NCBI GenBank assembly: GCA_963676395.1
Contig: OY781066.1
Span: 672,001-736,000, forward strand
Reading direction: 5' to 3'
Length of the DNA: 64,000 nucleotides
Origin: a bacterium
GTDB lineage: Bacteria; Fidelibacterota; Fidelibacteria; Fidelibacterales; Fidelibacteraceae
Shown in pieces: positions 31,205 to 41,896 of the stretch. The notes beneath the pieces are model-generated. The model saw only the letters and a list, made by a program, of their open reading frames with translations, did no database searches and was not told the origin of the DNA. Numbering within the stretch: position 1 is the first letter of the stretch; every line of letters begins with the position of its first letter. The position numbers were made by a program, and so were the translations under genes.

Positions 31205-32908
31205 TTATACGTTTAAATCATTATACAACCCCAGTTTGATGGTCTCTAGTGCTCTTTTACTGTCGGCGAGTGATCCTTTAATATAACGTTTAGCGATCAT
31301 AAGCTTATCATCATTCGTCTCAATTTCTTCAAGTAAGAGATACCCCGTGATCAAATAACTATACATCAAAACCAAATCTCTTGCACAAGCTTCTTTAACT
31401 GCTTTGCTGTCATTAGCTTGAACCAATTTATGGCTTTCTTTAAAGATATTACGGATCTCTTTGAGATAAGCGGAAAGAGCTTTTGACTCACCAAAATATT
31501 CTTTTGCTTCGTATTTATCAAATTTATCGGCATAAAGATCGTTATTAACACCACCAATAGCTGCAACGACTTGTAGTTGAGATGTACCTTCGTAAATATT
31601 CGTAATACGGGCATCACGAGCATGACGTTCAACATTGAACTCTTTCATATAGCCGGTTCCACCATGGATCTGTAATGAATTATACGCAATGGTATTTGAG
31701 GATTCGGTTAAAATCAATTTACACATCGGTGTTAACATGCCGGCTAGACGCATATAATATTTTTGTAACTTCATCTCATCTCCGGCAGGTTTACCTTCGG
31801 CCTTAAGATGTTCAATGCGTTCAACCAGTTTATCACGCATATCAACAGAGCGTGCCGTCGCATATAAAAACGTACGATTGGTTTCAAGCATCGTCTGCAT
31901 ATCGACCAGCAAACTTTTCACAACCGGGATCTTAATGATCGCTTTACCGAATTGCACTCTTGCCTTTGCATACGAAAGTGCCTCTTCGTAAGCAGCCTGA
32001 GAAATTCCCATGGCTTGAGCAGACACACCCAAACGGGCACCATTCATTAAATCCATCACGTATTTGATCAATCCCATTTTACGTTTGCCGACCAATTGGC
32101 ATGGCGTATCATTGAACTGCATTTCACAAGTAGGTGAACCGTGAATACCCAGTTTATTCTCAATACGACGGATCACAACCGTATCATCACCATAGCAAAC
32201 GAACATGCTCAATCCACGACCATCTACGGTACCGGCTTCGGATCTTGCCAATACCAACAGAATCTCACCACTTCCGTTTGTAATGAAGCGCTTAACGCCA
32301 TTCAAGAACCAGTTGCCGTCTTCATCCTGATAGGCTTTCAAATTCACCGCCTGTAGGTCCGACCCGGCATCCGGCTCGGTCAGGACCATGGCACCAGTTG
32401 CTTTCCCTTCGGCAAATTGAGGGAGAAATTCATCTTTTTGCTCTTCAGATCCGAATTTATGGATGGTTTCGCCAATATCCTGTAAACCGTAGAGGTTCAT
32501 TAGAGAAGCATCGGCACGGGAAATCATTTCTATTGACATAGCATAAATCGTCATAGGCATATTCAATCCACCGTATTTTCGCGGCAGTGTAAACCCCATC
32601 ATGTCGGCCTGCGCAAGCCTCTTCAAAGCTTCTTGGGTGCCTTTGGCATAAGTTACAACCCCGTCTTTGAATTGGGCGCCTTCTTCATCCACGTCAGGCG
32701 CCAGAGGTGCAATAATATTTCCGGCAATATCACCGGCGATCTCCAGAACTTTCTTGTAATTATCCTTGGCATCGGCATAATCTTTTGGAGCATAATCATA
32801 CTGACCGATATTCGTATAATCGTTTTCAGTCAGTCTTGCAATATCTTCCAGATCCATGTTCTCCAGTTGAAAAACAAGATCTTTATTATCTGTAAAGAAA
32901 TTCGGCAT
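31205..32908 (-). CDS. Acyl-CoA dehydrogenase
   Basis: LTEPDAGSD, NGVKRFIT, KLGIHGSPT, QIHGGTGY and NIYEGT motifs. Confidence 0.95.
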   Translation of the reverse strand: MPNFFTDNKDLVFQLENMDLEDIARLTENDYTNIGQYDYAPKDYADAKDNYKKVLEIAGDIAGNIIAPLAPDVDEEGAQFKDGVVTYAKGTQEALKRLAQADMMGFTLPRKYGGLNMPMTIYAMSIEMISRADASLMNLYGLQDIGETIHKFGSEEQKDEFLPQFAEGKATGAMVLTEPDAGSDLQAVNLKAYQDEDGNWFLNGVKRFITNGSGEILLVLARSEAGTVDGRGLSMFVCYGDDTVVIRRIENKLGIHGSPTCEMQFNDTPCQLVGKRKMGLIKYVMDLMNGARLGVSAQAMGISQAAYEEALSYAKARVQFGKAIIKIPVVKSLLVDMQTMLETNRTFLYATARSVDMRDKLVERIEHLKAEGKPAGDEMKLQKYYMRLAGMLTPMCKLILTESSNTIAYNSLQIHGGTGYMKEFNVERHARDARITNIYEGTSQLQVVAAIGGVNNDLYADKFDKYEAKEYFGESKALSAYLKEIRNIFKESHKLVQANDSKAVKEACARDLVLMYSYLITGYLLLEEIETNDDKLMIAKRYIKGSLADSKRALETIKLGLYNDLNV

Positions 32909-32916
32909 AATATCAC

Positions 32917-33951
32917 CTACTTCAATTTATTTTTATAAGCTTCGATCAATTCGGGAATGACCTTCATGGCATCACCAACGATCTTAAAGTGACAGATCGA
33001 AAAGATCGGTGCCTCGGGGTCGGTGTTGATCGCGATGATCTTGTTCGATTCATCCATGCCGGCACGATGCTGGATCGCTCCTGAAATACCGACCGCAATG
33101 TAAAGTTTAGGACGAACGGTCACGCCGGTCTGTCCGACCTGGCGTTCATGTTCAACAAAACCTGCATCTACGGCTGCGCGGGATCCGGCCACTTCCCCGC
33201 CGATCAAACTAGCAAGTTCCTGTAATAATCTAAAGTTTTCTTTACTACCCAACCCATAACCGCCGGCCACAATAATGGGTGAACATTTCAAATTGATCTT
33301 GCATTCTTCTTGATGGCGTTCGATGATCTCGATCACATCATCAAGTTCTTTTGCTTGATAAGGTACGCGAACGATCTTGCCATCCACCGGTTTATCCAAC
33401 TCCGCCATTTCCATCACACCTTCACGTACGGATGCCATCTGCACGGGATTATCCGGTGTAATAATGGTGGCTACGATATTTCCACCGAAAGCGGGACGGA
33501 TCTGTAGCAGAATATCTTTATAATCTTTTTTCATATAGGTGACGTCTGATATCTGAAGATCGGTACAATCGGCCGTCAATCCACTAAGCGTTTTCGATGC
33601 CACTCGCGGTGCAATGTCACGTCCGATAAACGTAGCGCCAAACAACACGATACGCGGTTGATGTTCTTCGACCAGTTCACTCATGATACGACTGTAAGGC
33701 ATCGTTTTATAATCTTTCAGCGAGGGGTCTTCAACAATGATCGCTTCAGCGGCACCATAGTAAAAAGTCTGTTTCGCCAGATCATCCAGTTCGTGACCGA
33801 TAATAACCGCCTTCAAGACACCCCTTAACTTTTCGGCCAACTTGCGGCCCTTAGTTAAAAGCTCCAGACTGACATCAGCGATCGAATCACCTTTTGTCTC
33901 TATATAGACCCAAACTTCATGTTTTGATGTATTCATAATAATATTATCCAA
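32917..33951 (-). CDS. etfA: Electron transfer flavoprotein alpha subunit
   Basis: [19 protein letters not shown] and [11 protein letters not shown] motifs. Confidence 0.95.
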   Translation of the reverse strand: MDNIIMNTSKHEVWVYIETKGDSIADVSLELLTKGRKLAEKLRGVLKAVIIGHELDDLAKQTFYYGAAEAIIVEDPSLKDYKTMPYSRIMSELVEEHQPRIVLFGATFIGRDIAPRVASKTLSGLTADCTDLQISDVTYMKKDYKDILLQIRPAFGGNIVATIITPDNPVQMASVREGVMEMAELDKPVDGKIVRVPYQAKELDDVIEIIERHQEECKINLKCSPIIVAGGYGLGSKENFRLLQELASLIGGEVAGSRAAVDAGFVEHERQVGQTGVTVRPKLYIAVGISGAIQHRAGMDESNKIIAINTDPEAPIFSICHFKIVGDAMKVIPELIEAYKNKLK

Positions 33952-34744
33952 AAATATGATCTTTTTTAAGTTTATCGATCATGTCAGCTAAACCTTCTCG
34001 TGTAGGCTCTACGGTTTCATGATCACCACCGGATAAAACAACCGATTCGATATTATTGACCTTAGTTGGTGAGCCCTGGAGTCCGATACGCTCCATATCG
34101 ACATCAATATCTTGCGTTGTCATCACCTTTGGTTCGTGGTTCTTGAACGCCATGACCTTCTTGGCGGCAAAAGGACGCGGCACAGTGGCTTCGCCCACAA
34201 CGGTCAATAATGCCGGTAATTTTGAAACCAACACCTCATACCCACCATCGATCTGGCGTTGAACCTTGATCTTATTTTTGTTGATATCTAAAATCTTTTC
34301 AACATACGTGATCTGTGGAAGCTTTAACTTCTCTGCCGTTTGCGGTCCCACCTGAGCGGTGTCACCGTCAATAGCCTGTCGTCCGGCAAATACAATATCG
34401 TAATCACCGATCTTTTCAATCACTTTGCTCAATACATATGATGTCGCTAAAGTATCAGCACCCGCGAATTTTCGGTCCGTAACCAACATGACATCATCTG
34501 CCCCCATGTAGAGGCACTCTTTTAATAGTTCCGCAGCCTTTGGCGGTCCCATCGTGACGGCAACAACTTTGGCGCCGACGTTTTCTTTTACCTGTAATGC
34601 AAGTTCCAAGGCGACTTTATCTTCCGGATTGAAAACGGCAGGCAACTTTGCTCTATTAACCGTTCCATCTGGTTTCATAACATCGCCGGAAATATTCGCA
34701 GTATCAGGTACTTGTTTGACTAAAACAATTAACTTGATTCCCAT
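33944..34744 (-). CDS. etfB: Electron transfer flavoprotein beta subunit
   Basis: VKQVPDT, GADTLATS and GRQAIDGDTAQVG motifs; start placed at MGIKL. Confidence 0.95.
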   Translation of the reverse strand: MGIKLIVLVKQVPDTANISGDVMKPDGTVNRAKLPAVFNPEDKVALELALQVKENVGAKVVAVTMGPPKAAELLKECLYMGADDVMLVTDRKFAGADTLATSYVLSKVIEKIGDYDIVFAGRQAIDGDTAQVGPQTAEKLKLPQITYVEKILDINKNKIKVQRQIDGGYEVLVSKLPALLTVVGEATVPRPFAAKKVMAFKNHEPKVMTTQDIDVDMERIGLQGSPTKVNNIESVVLSGGDHETVEPTREGLADMIDKLKKDHIFG

Positions 34745-35046
34745 ATGTTCCCTTCTGTGCATTTACGTATTTTATACCTGTGTTTTATAAAATACCAAAG
34801 GCAATATATTAAGATGAAATTGTGATTACAAGCTGAAAATATAGAAGTCTGCAGACTGTTGACGAATTACTGATAGCTGTAAGCTGGTTACTATAAGCTA
34901 ACTATAAAACCCCAAAAAAAGTGCAAACAACATTTTTACTTACGTTTTACTGCCTACTGACTTACAACTTCTATCTTCTTGCTTCCGGCTGCCTATAATA
35001 GTAAATTACGTGTTGTTTTATATTAATGTAACCAAAGGAGACTATT

Positions 35047-35613
35047 GTGGCCTCAACTGCTGATTTCAAACCGGGTATGATCATTATATATAATGGTGAA
35101 TTATTCAAGATCGTTAGCTACCAACACAGTAAAATGGGACGAGCCGGAGCTGTAGTTCGTACAAAACTTAAACATGTTCTAAATGGCAAAGTATTGGAAA
35201 ATACTTTCCGATCAGGTGAAAAAGTTGAAACCGCCCGTGTTGAAGCTAACATGTTACAATATTTATACAATGATGGTGACTCATATTACATGATGGATCC
35301 TGAAACGTTTGACCAAATCCCGGTTCCTGCCGATGTAATCGGTGACGACCATTATTATATTCGTGAAAACGATGAAGTAAAAGTCATGATCTACAATGAA
35401 GCTCCCATTTCCATTGAGCTTCCAACAGCTGTTATTATGGAAGTTACCTACACCGAACCGGGTGAACGTGGCGATACCGCTAAAACAAATGTTAAAAAAC
35501 CTGCAAAAGTTGAAACCGGACTCGAAGTAGCTGTACCCTTGTTTATCAACGAAGGTGATATGATCAAGATCGATACACGCGATGGATCATATTTGGAACG
35601 AGTCAAGAAGTAA
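35047..35613 (+). CDS. efp: Elongation factor P
   Basis: KMGRAGA loop; PGERGDT and VPLFINEGD..KIDTR motifs; AAGGAG RBS. Confidence 0.96.
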   Translation: MASTADFKPGMIIIYNGELFKIVSYQHSKMGRAGAVVRTKLKHVLNGKVLENTFRSGEKVETARVEANMLQYLYNDGDSYYMMDPETFDQIPVPADVIGDDHYYIRENDEVKVMIYNEAPISIELPTAVIMEVTYTEPGERGDTAKTNVKKPAKVETGLEVAVPLFINEGDMIKIDTRDGSYLERVKK

Positions 35614-35695
35614 CTAGAAACTAGTGACTGGTGACTAGCGAAATAAAATTCGAGCCACGAGTTACGAATTAATATCATTATTAGAGGTAAGAAAA

Positions 35696-36073
35696 ATGAG
35701 TACACCTAAAGAACTCAAATATGCAGAAACACATGAATGGGTAAAAGTCGAAGGCGATGTAGCCGTGGTCGGCATTACCGAACACGCACAAAGCGAGCTT
35801 GGTGATATCGTTTTTGTTGAAATCCCCGAAGTCGGTGACGATGTAACAAAAGAGGAAGGTTGCGGAACTATCGAAGCCGTTAAAACCGTTTCCGATATCA
35901 ATGCCCCCGTTAGTGGTGAAGTTGTTGAAGTAAACGAAGCTTTGGAAGACGAACCCACATTGATCAATACAGACGCTTTTGAAGGTGGCTGGATCATGAA
36001 GATCAAGATGTCAGACGCATCTGAACTTGACGCTCTTATGGATGCCGGGGCATACGAAAAATCTATCGGATAA
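35696..36073 (+). CDS. gcvH: Glycine cleavage system H protein
   Basis: HEWV, GITEHAQSELGDIVFVE and lipoyl site EAVKT. Confidence 0.96.
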   Translation: MSTPKELKYAETHEWVKVEGDVAVVGITEHAQSELGDIVFVEIPEVGDDVTKEEGCGTIEAVKTVSDINAPVSGEVVEVNEALEDEPTLINTDAFEGGWIMKIKMSDASELDALMDAGAYEKSIG

Positions 36074-36094
36074 TTTTTTATTTCGAGGTAAATC

Positions 36095-37435
36095 ATGCCT
36101 TATCTTCCGCATGGACATAAAGACATAAAAGACATGCTGAAAAGCATTGGAGTAGAAAAGTTCGAGGAACTCATTGCAAATATCCCCGAAGTTCTACGCG
36201 GCGATGTACACTTAGATCTTCCCGAAGCTTTAAGTGAGCTTGAGATCCAGCAGGAAATGCAATCTTTGCTTGCTAAAAATACGGCATGTCATCAGACGAC
36301 TTCTTTCCTGGGCGCCGGTGCCTACGAACACTTCATCCCTTCTGTAGTCGATCACATTATATCACGCCCCGAATTCGCAACAGCTTATACTCCCTATCAG
36401 GCCGAGGTCTCGCAAGGGACATTACAAGCCATGTACGAATTCCAGTCATTAGTTTGTGAACTGACCGGTATGGATGTTTCAAATGCATCAATGTATGATG
36501 CGGCAACGGCAATGTCCGAAGCCGTTTTAATGGCAAAAAGCATTAAACGCAAAAAGAACGAAGTCATTGTTTCCTCTTCGATTCATCCCCTGTATCGAAA
36601 AACCCTTGAGACTTACGCAGTTTCATTAAACATGAAATTAATCGAATGTCCGATCAAGAATGACCAAACAGACCTCGAAGCGCTAAAAACTTTATTTAAT
36701 GAAAACACCTCAGCTGTTATTGCTCAAAGCCCTAACTTTTTTGGTGTTATCGAAGATACAAAAGCGCTTTCTTCTCTGACTCACGAACATGATTCGCTCT
36801 TCATTCAAGGCGTAGATCCCATTTCTCTTGCTATACTCAAAACACCGGGTGAAATCAATGCTGATATTGCCTTTGGTGAAGGACAATCTTTGGGAAATCA
36901 CCTTAACTTCGGTGGCCCTTATCTTGGACTTTTTACCGCAAAGCAGGAGTATGTAAGAAAAATGCCCGGACGCATAGCGGGAATGACCGAAGATGCCGAG
37001 GGCAAACGAGGATATGTCCTTACACTGCAAACACGTGAACAACATATCCGTCGCGAAAAAGCCACCTCAAATATCTGTTCAAACCAGGCACTCTGTGCTT
37101 TGGCGGCAACGGTCTATTTAGCTCTTATGGGAAAAACAGGACTCAAAAAAGTTGCCGAACTTTCCTTACAAAAAGCACATTACCTGCAAGAACAGATCTG
37201 TGAACTACCGGGATTTAAAACGGCAAACGATGCACCGTTCTTTAAAGAATTCGTCATCAATTGTCCCATACCCGCAAAAGACATCATCCAAAAAGCTATT
37301 GCCGCTAACATTTATGCCGGCATTGACTTAAGTGTCTTCTACCCGGATCGTCCAAATGATCTCCTCATTGCCGTAACAGAAAAACGGACAAAAGAGGAAA
37401 TGGATGGGTTTGTTGAATTTTTAGCGACAATATAA
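36095..37435 (+). CDS. gcvPA: Glycine dehydrogenase subunit 1
   Basis: YTPYQAEVSQG, NASMYD and QTREQHIRREKATSNICSNQ motifs. Confidence 0.96.
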   Translation: MPYLPHGHKDIKDMLKSIGVEKFEELIANIPEVLRGDVHLDLPEALSELEIQQEMQSLLAKNTACHQTTSFLGAGAYEHFIPSVVDHIISRPEFATAYTPYQAEVSQGTLQAMYEFQSLVCELTGMDVSNASMYDAATAMSEAVLMAKSIKRKKNEVIVSSSIHPLYRKTLETYAVSLNMKLIECPIKNDQTDLEALKTLFNENTSAVIAQSPNFFGVIEDTKALSSLTHEHDSLFIQGVDPISLAILKTPGEINADIAFGEGQSLGNHLNFGGPYLGLFTAKQEYVRKMPGRIAGMTEDAEGKRGYVLTLQTREQHIRREKATSNICSNQALCALAATVYLALMGKTGLKKVAELSLQKAHYLQEQICELPGFKTANDAPFFKEFVINCPIPAKDIIQKAIAANIYAGIDLSVFYPDRPNDLLIAVTEKRTKEEMDGFVEFLATI

Positions 37436-37455
37436 GTAAATAGAAAACATCGATA

Positions 37456-37486
37456 AGGAACAGGCATGCCTGTTCCTTTTTTTTTA
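37456..37486 (+). terminator. Intrinsic terminator
   Basis: aaggaacaggca/tgcctgttcctt followed by a long T-run. Confidence 0.8.
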
Positions 37487-37630
37487 TCCATAATTTTTTA
37501 TTCCCGATTAAAATCAATGACAAATTTTCAGCTCCACCTCACTATTCACATCAACCGCTTTTTCCTTTCCTCTCCATCTTTTTTATGTTAATTTTCTAAG
37601 CTGTTTACATAATATCAACACGGAAGCACT

Positions 37631-38197
37631 ATGAAAAAAGCCTTCACCGAAACTCTCGCTCTAATCAAAGATCTTAACGAAGACCCTATATTTCAAAAAC
37701 ATGTTGAAGATGCATCTAAATTGATGTCAACAACATTAAGGAACGGAAATAAGATCCTATGGTGCGGCAATGGTGGATCAGCTGCCGACTGCCAACATCT
37801 ATCTGCGGAACTGGTCGCAAAATTAAACCACATTCGACCGGCATTAGCTTCACTGGCGCTTACTACCGATACATCTTTTTTAACAGCCTGGATCAACGAC
37901 ACGAACAAAAGTGAAGAACTATTTTCGCGCCAGATCGAAGCCCTGGGGCAAGAAGGTGACTGTCTCATAGCGATCAGCACCAGCGGAAACTCCGAGAATG
38001 TGATCCATGCCGTTGATACAGCAATGGCACATGGACTAAAAACCATAGCGCTTCTTGGGAACAATGGCGGGCAACTTAAAAACACTGCTGACATTCAACT
38101 CATTGTACCTTCTGACAATACGCAACGCGTTCAAGAAATACATATGATCGTTGGTCACACCCTGTGCGAGCATATAGAAGAGGATTTTCTCAGCTAA
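37631..38197 (+). CDS. gmhA: Phosphoheptose isomerase (SIS domain)
   Basis: CGNGGSAADCQH, ISTSGNS and RVQEIH motifs. Confidence 0.93.
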   Translation: MKKAFTETLALIKDLNEDPIFQKHVEDASKLMSTTLRNGNKILWCGNGGSAADCQHLSAELVAKLNHIRPALASLALTTDTSFLTAWINDTNKSEELFSRQIEALGQEGDCLIAISTSGNSENVIHAVDTAMAHGLKTIALLGNNGGQLKNTADIQLIVPSDNTQRVQEIHMIVGHTLCEHIEEDFLS

Positions 38198-38198
38198 T

Positions 38199-39095
38199 AT
38201 GCAAAGAATATTTCAAGATTTCATCTATCACCTCCAGGGTGAACGACAACTGTCTCCCAATACGGTACAATCCTACCGAAAAGATATAAAGCGTTATCTC
38301 GAACATTTTAAAAGCATGGGCATCAAAGATCCAAACCTTATCCAAACCGATATGGTAATCACCTACCTTGATCAATTATCTGGTATTCCCCTGGCCCCAA
38401 CCTCTTTGGCAAGAAATCTCTCTTCCATGAGAATGTTTCATCGATTCATGATGAACGAAGGTTATGTAAGTAAGGATGTTACAGAGAATATCGATTCACC
38501 CAAGCTACCTAAACGCTTACCCAAAATTTTGGATATTGAAGATATCGAAGCGATCTTCACCGAGATCAACACCGATACGGATGCAGGAATTCGCGATAGA
38601 GCCATGCTGGAGCTCTTATATGGCTCCGGGCTGAGAATCTCAGAACTGCTGACACTAAGGTTGCCGGCTGTCATGCTAAACGAAGGCTGGATCCGTGTGT
38701 TTGGCAAAGGTTCCAAAGAAAGGATCGTTCCCTTTGGAGATGAAGCAGGTGTCTGGTTAAAGAAATATATCAAACACGTTCGTCCCATGCTGGCCGGAAG
38801 TATAAAAGCAGAAGATTATATTTTTTTAAATCGCAGTGGGGCACCACTCTCCCGAATGGGCGTTTGGAAGATCATTCAAAAATATGCTCAATTGGCACTT
38901 ATCGACAAACCCGTTTCACCGCATGTTTTCAGGCATTCGTTTGCAACCCACCTTTTAGAAGGCGGTGCCGACTTAAGAGCTGTTCAAGAAATGCTGGGAC
39001 ACTCGGATATTTCAACTACGCAGATCTATACCCATCTTGATAGAAATTATTTAAAAGAAGTTCACAAAACCTTTCACCCAAGGGAAAAACGATAA
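38199..39095 (+). CDS. xerD: Site-specific tyrosine recombinase XerD
   Basis: RDRAMLELLYGSGLRISEL, GKGSKER, SPHVFRHSFATHLLEGGADLRAVQEMLGHSDISTTQIYTH, HPR end. Confidence 0.9.
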   Translation: MQRIFQDFIYHLQGERQLSPNTVQSYRKDIKRYLEHFKSMGIKDPNLIQTDMVITYLDQLSGIPLAPTSLARNLSSMRMFHRFMMNEGYVSKDVTENIDSPKLPKRLPKILDIEDIEAIFTEINTDTDAGIRDRAMLELLYGSGLRISELLTLRLPAVMLNEGWIRVFGKGSKERIVPFGDEAGVWLKKYIKHVRPMLAGSIKAEDYIFLNRSGAPLSRMGVWKIIQKYAQLALIDKPVSPHVFRHSFATHLLEGGADLRAVQEMLGHSDISTTQIYTHLDRNYLKEVHKTFHPREKR

Positions 39096-39737
39096 ATGAA
39101 CCCACAAGCAATAGAATATTTAGCTATGGTAGTGCCTATTTTACTGGCGTTGACCATGCATGAATTCTCACACGGATGGATCGCCTATAAGCTGGGAGAT
39201 AATACGGCCAAGAATATGGGACGCCTGACCCTAAACCCTATCTCACATATTGACCCCATTGGCATGATCATGCTTTTTGTGATTGGCATGGGCTGGGCAA
39301 AACCCGTACCAATTAACATCTATGCATTCAAACATCAAAAAAGAGATCTGGCACTGACTGCCGCTGCCGGTCCGGTATCGAATTTCATTATGGCAGCGAT
39401 TGCAGGTTTAATATTTAGGTTATTCCCTGATTTAGTCCCTTACAACACGGATGCCGGCGTAATCCTTTTCCTCAAACTCAATCTCTTTTATTTTCTCATG
39501 ATCAACTGTGGCTTGGGAATTTTTAATTTAATCCCGATCCCCCCGCTTGATGGCTCAAAGATCCTCCGCGGGTTTATGAAAGATAAACATGTTTACATTA
39601 TCGACTATCTTGAAAGATATGGCGGATTTATCCTTATAGGTATTGTTCTGCTTGGGCGATTTATGAATTTTTCAATTTTTGGTAAATTGATCACTCCACT
39701 TGTTCAAAGATTGGCACATTTTTTCTCAGGAATTTAA
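39096..39737 (+). CDS. Site-2 protease (M50 family)
   Basis: HEFSH, AAGP and FNLIPIPPLDG motifs. Confidence 0.92.
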   Translation: MNPQAIEYLAMVVPILLALTMHEFSHGWIAYKLGDNTAKNMGRLTLNPISHIDPIGMIMLFVIGMGWAKPVPINIYAFKHQKRDLALTAAAGPVSNFIMAAIAGLIFRLFPDLVPYNTDAGVILFLKLNLFYFLMINCGLGIFNLIPIPPLDGSKILRGFMKDKHVYIIDYLERYGGFILIGIVLLGRFMNFSIFGKLITPLVQRLAHFFSGI

Positions 39738-39738
39738 T

Positions 39739-40803
39739 ATGAACGATTTTTTAGGTTACAACGAAAAAGATTTCCCTATCACTGAAATGCCCAGCGATGA
39801 TGCTATTCTTGGAAGAGTGATAGAAGAACACCGTGAACGCTACTTTGTCGCAAGCCGGGAAGGTGTTTACGAAGCGGGAGTCACCGGTAGGATCATGTAT
39901 ACATCGGAAAGCAAAGATGCTTTTCCGGCTGTTGGCGATTGGGTGTTACTTTCACCTATGGATGATCATGAGGGCATTATTCATCAAATCATTCCAAGAA
40001 AAACTGTGCTGCGCCGCCGTTCTAAAAGCAAGAAAGCCAAAGAACAGGTTATCGCGGCCAATATCGATACAGCCTTTGTGGTTATGGCCGGCAATGAAGA
40101 TTTTTCACTAAATCGACTTGAGCGCTACCTGACTATCATCTATGATGGTGGTGTAAAACCGGTAATCATCCTGAATAAAACAGATTTATTCAATGAAGAA
40201 GAAGTTCAGGAATTTGTAAATGAAATAAAAAAACGACATCCCGATGCAGAATTGATCTGGACCTCTGCATTAACGGAAAAAGGACTAAAATACATCAAGG
40301 AACACCTGTCTCCCGGAAAGACCTATGGCTTTGTAGGATCTTCAGGTGTGGGAAAATCCTCACTGATCAACCGACTTACCGGGGGTGAACGCCAAAAGGT
40401 CAACCATATTTCAGATGCAACCGATAAAGGACGCCACACTACCACATACCGTGAGTTGATCGAGCTTGAGAACGGGTCATTTCTTATCGACACACCGGGC
40501 ATGCGCGAGGTGGGGCTTTCGGCTACCGATGCCGGTTTAGAAGAAACATTTTCTGATATATATGAACTATCTTATAGCTGCCGTTTCAGTGATTGCACAC
40601 ACACAAATGAACCCGGTTGCGCCGTGCTTCAAGCTGTAAAGAGCGAAACACTTCAACAAGAGAAACTGGATAACTTTCACCACCTGAAACGTGAATCCGA
40701 TTATTACCAGATGGACGATTATGAAAAACGCATGAAAGATAAATCCTTTACAAAAATGGTAAAAGAAGTCAAACGCGTAAGAGGCTTGAAACATAAAAAG
40801 TAA
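39739..40803 (+). CDS. rsgA: Ribosome small subunit-dependent GTPase A
   Basis: NKTD, GSSGVGKSSL, GRHTT, DTPG and CRFSDCTHTNEPGC motifs. Confidence 0.95.
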   Translation: MNDFLGYNEKDFPITEMPSDDAILGRVIEEHRERYFVASREGVYEAGVTGRIMYTSESKDAFPAVGDWVLLSPMDDHEGIIHQIIPRKTVLRRRSKSKKAKEQVIAANIDTAFVVMAGNEDFSLNRLERYLTIIYDGGVKPVIILNKTDLFNEEEVQEFVNEIKKRHPDAELIWTSALTEKGLKYIKEHLSPGKTYGFVGSSGVGKSSLINRLTGGERQKVNHISDATDKGRHTTTYRELIELENGSFLIDTPGMREVGLSATDAGLEETFSDIYELSYSCRFSDCTHTNEPGCAVLQAVKSETLQQEKLDNFHHLKRESDYYQMDDYEKRMKDKSFTKMVKEVKRVRGLKHKK

Positions 40804-40954
40804 AATTCGATGAATCGATAGCTCACTCATTTAATTGTTCACTCATTCGACCATTATACTATTCAAAAAATATCCTTTGGAATTCTAAGCGGCTTATCCT
40901 AATTTTATTCAACTTAAATAAATATGACATGATAAATCTTTATGGGGCGACGAA

Positions 40955-41794
40955 ATGGATAAGATCATGGAAGCTTATAGCAATTTATTAACACAAAAAC
41001 GCTACAGTCCCAATACCCAAAAAACATATATGGGATATTTTTCCGATTTCCGAAGATATTTCCGATTTAAAGACATCTATCATATTGGCAAAGATGAAAT
41101 CAATCGATATATCCTAGATCTTATTCAGACAAATAATATTTCTCCGAGTCAGCAAAATCAACGCATTAATGCAATCAAATTCTACTATGAAAAGGTTTTA
41201 GGTCGAGAGAAAGAGTATTATAACATTCAGCGACCAAAAAAAGAATATCATTTACCCAAGGTTCTAAGCAAAAAAGAAATAAAATGCATGATTCAATCAT
41301 GTGAAAACCTTAAACATAAATGTATTTTAATGATACTTTATTCGGCCGGATTAAGGCGTAGTGAATTATTAGATCTACAAATTGACGATATTGATTCCAA
41401 AAGAATGTTAATCTTGATCAAAGGTGCCAAAGGTAACAAAGACAGAATAACACTTTTATCCGAAAGGCTACTTAGCATGCTTCGGGATTACTATAAAAAA
41501 TACAAACCCGAAAAATATTTATTCGAAGGTCAAAGAGGAAATAAGTATTCAGCTTCTAGTGTTGCCAATATTCTTAAACATGCAACCCTCAAGGCAGGGA
41601 TCAGAAAAAATGTTACACCTCATATGCTTAGACATAGTTTTGCCACACATTTACTTGAACAAGGAACTGATTTAAGATATATTCAAGAGTTATTGGGCCA
41701 TAATAGCAGCAAAACAACAGAAATTTACACTCATATATCAAAAAAAACGATTACAAACATACAAAACCCTATGGATGACATGTTTGAAACATAA
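40955..41794 (+). CDS. Integron-integrase-like tyrosine recombinase (SAM-like N-domain; no IntI-specific insertion)
   Basis: YSPNTQKTY, SQQNQRINAIKFYY, LPKVLS, YSAGLRRSE, KGNKDR, HMLRHSFATHLLEQGTDLRYIQELLGH and TTEIYTH; full R-K-H-R-H-Y set. Confidence 0.88.
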   Translation: MDKIMEAYSNLLTQKRYSPNTQKTYMGYFSDFRRYFRFKDIYHIGKDEINRYILDLIQTNNISPSQQNQRINAIKFYYEKVLGREKEYYNIQRPKKEYHLPKVLSKKEIKCMIQSCENLKHKCILMILYSAGLRRSELLDLQIDDIDSKRMLILIKGAKGNKDRITLLSERLLSMLRDYYKKYKPEKYLFEGQRGNKYSASSVANILKHATLKAGIRKNVTPHMLRHSFATHLLEQGTDLRYIQELLGHNSSKTTEIYTHISKKTITNIQNPMDDMFET

Positions 41795-41809
41795 ATGCAA
41801 AATAAACAC

Positions 41810-41876
41810 AATAAACAATACATGCCATATTGGAGATGTATACACAATAGGCATACACTAACGTTGTGCCCAATTA
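41810..41876 (+). other. Putative primary recombination (attI-equivalent) site
   Basis: Ends in CATACACTAAC-GTT like the attC-type sites; GTTGTGCCCAATTA (41863-41876) complements the end of cassette 1. Confidence 0.65.
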
Positions 41877-41896
41877 AATGAAAAGACTACATAGTT

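Noticed and set aside
35696..37435. gcvH-gcvPA without gcvPB/gcvT as a novel system
   Set aside because: Split gcv loci are common; the other genes may lie outside the window
38199..39095. xerD as the array's integrase
   Set aside because: Typical housekeeping XerD in a gmhA-xerD-protease-rsgA run; the recombinase at 40955 directly abuts the array
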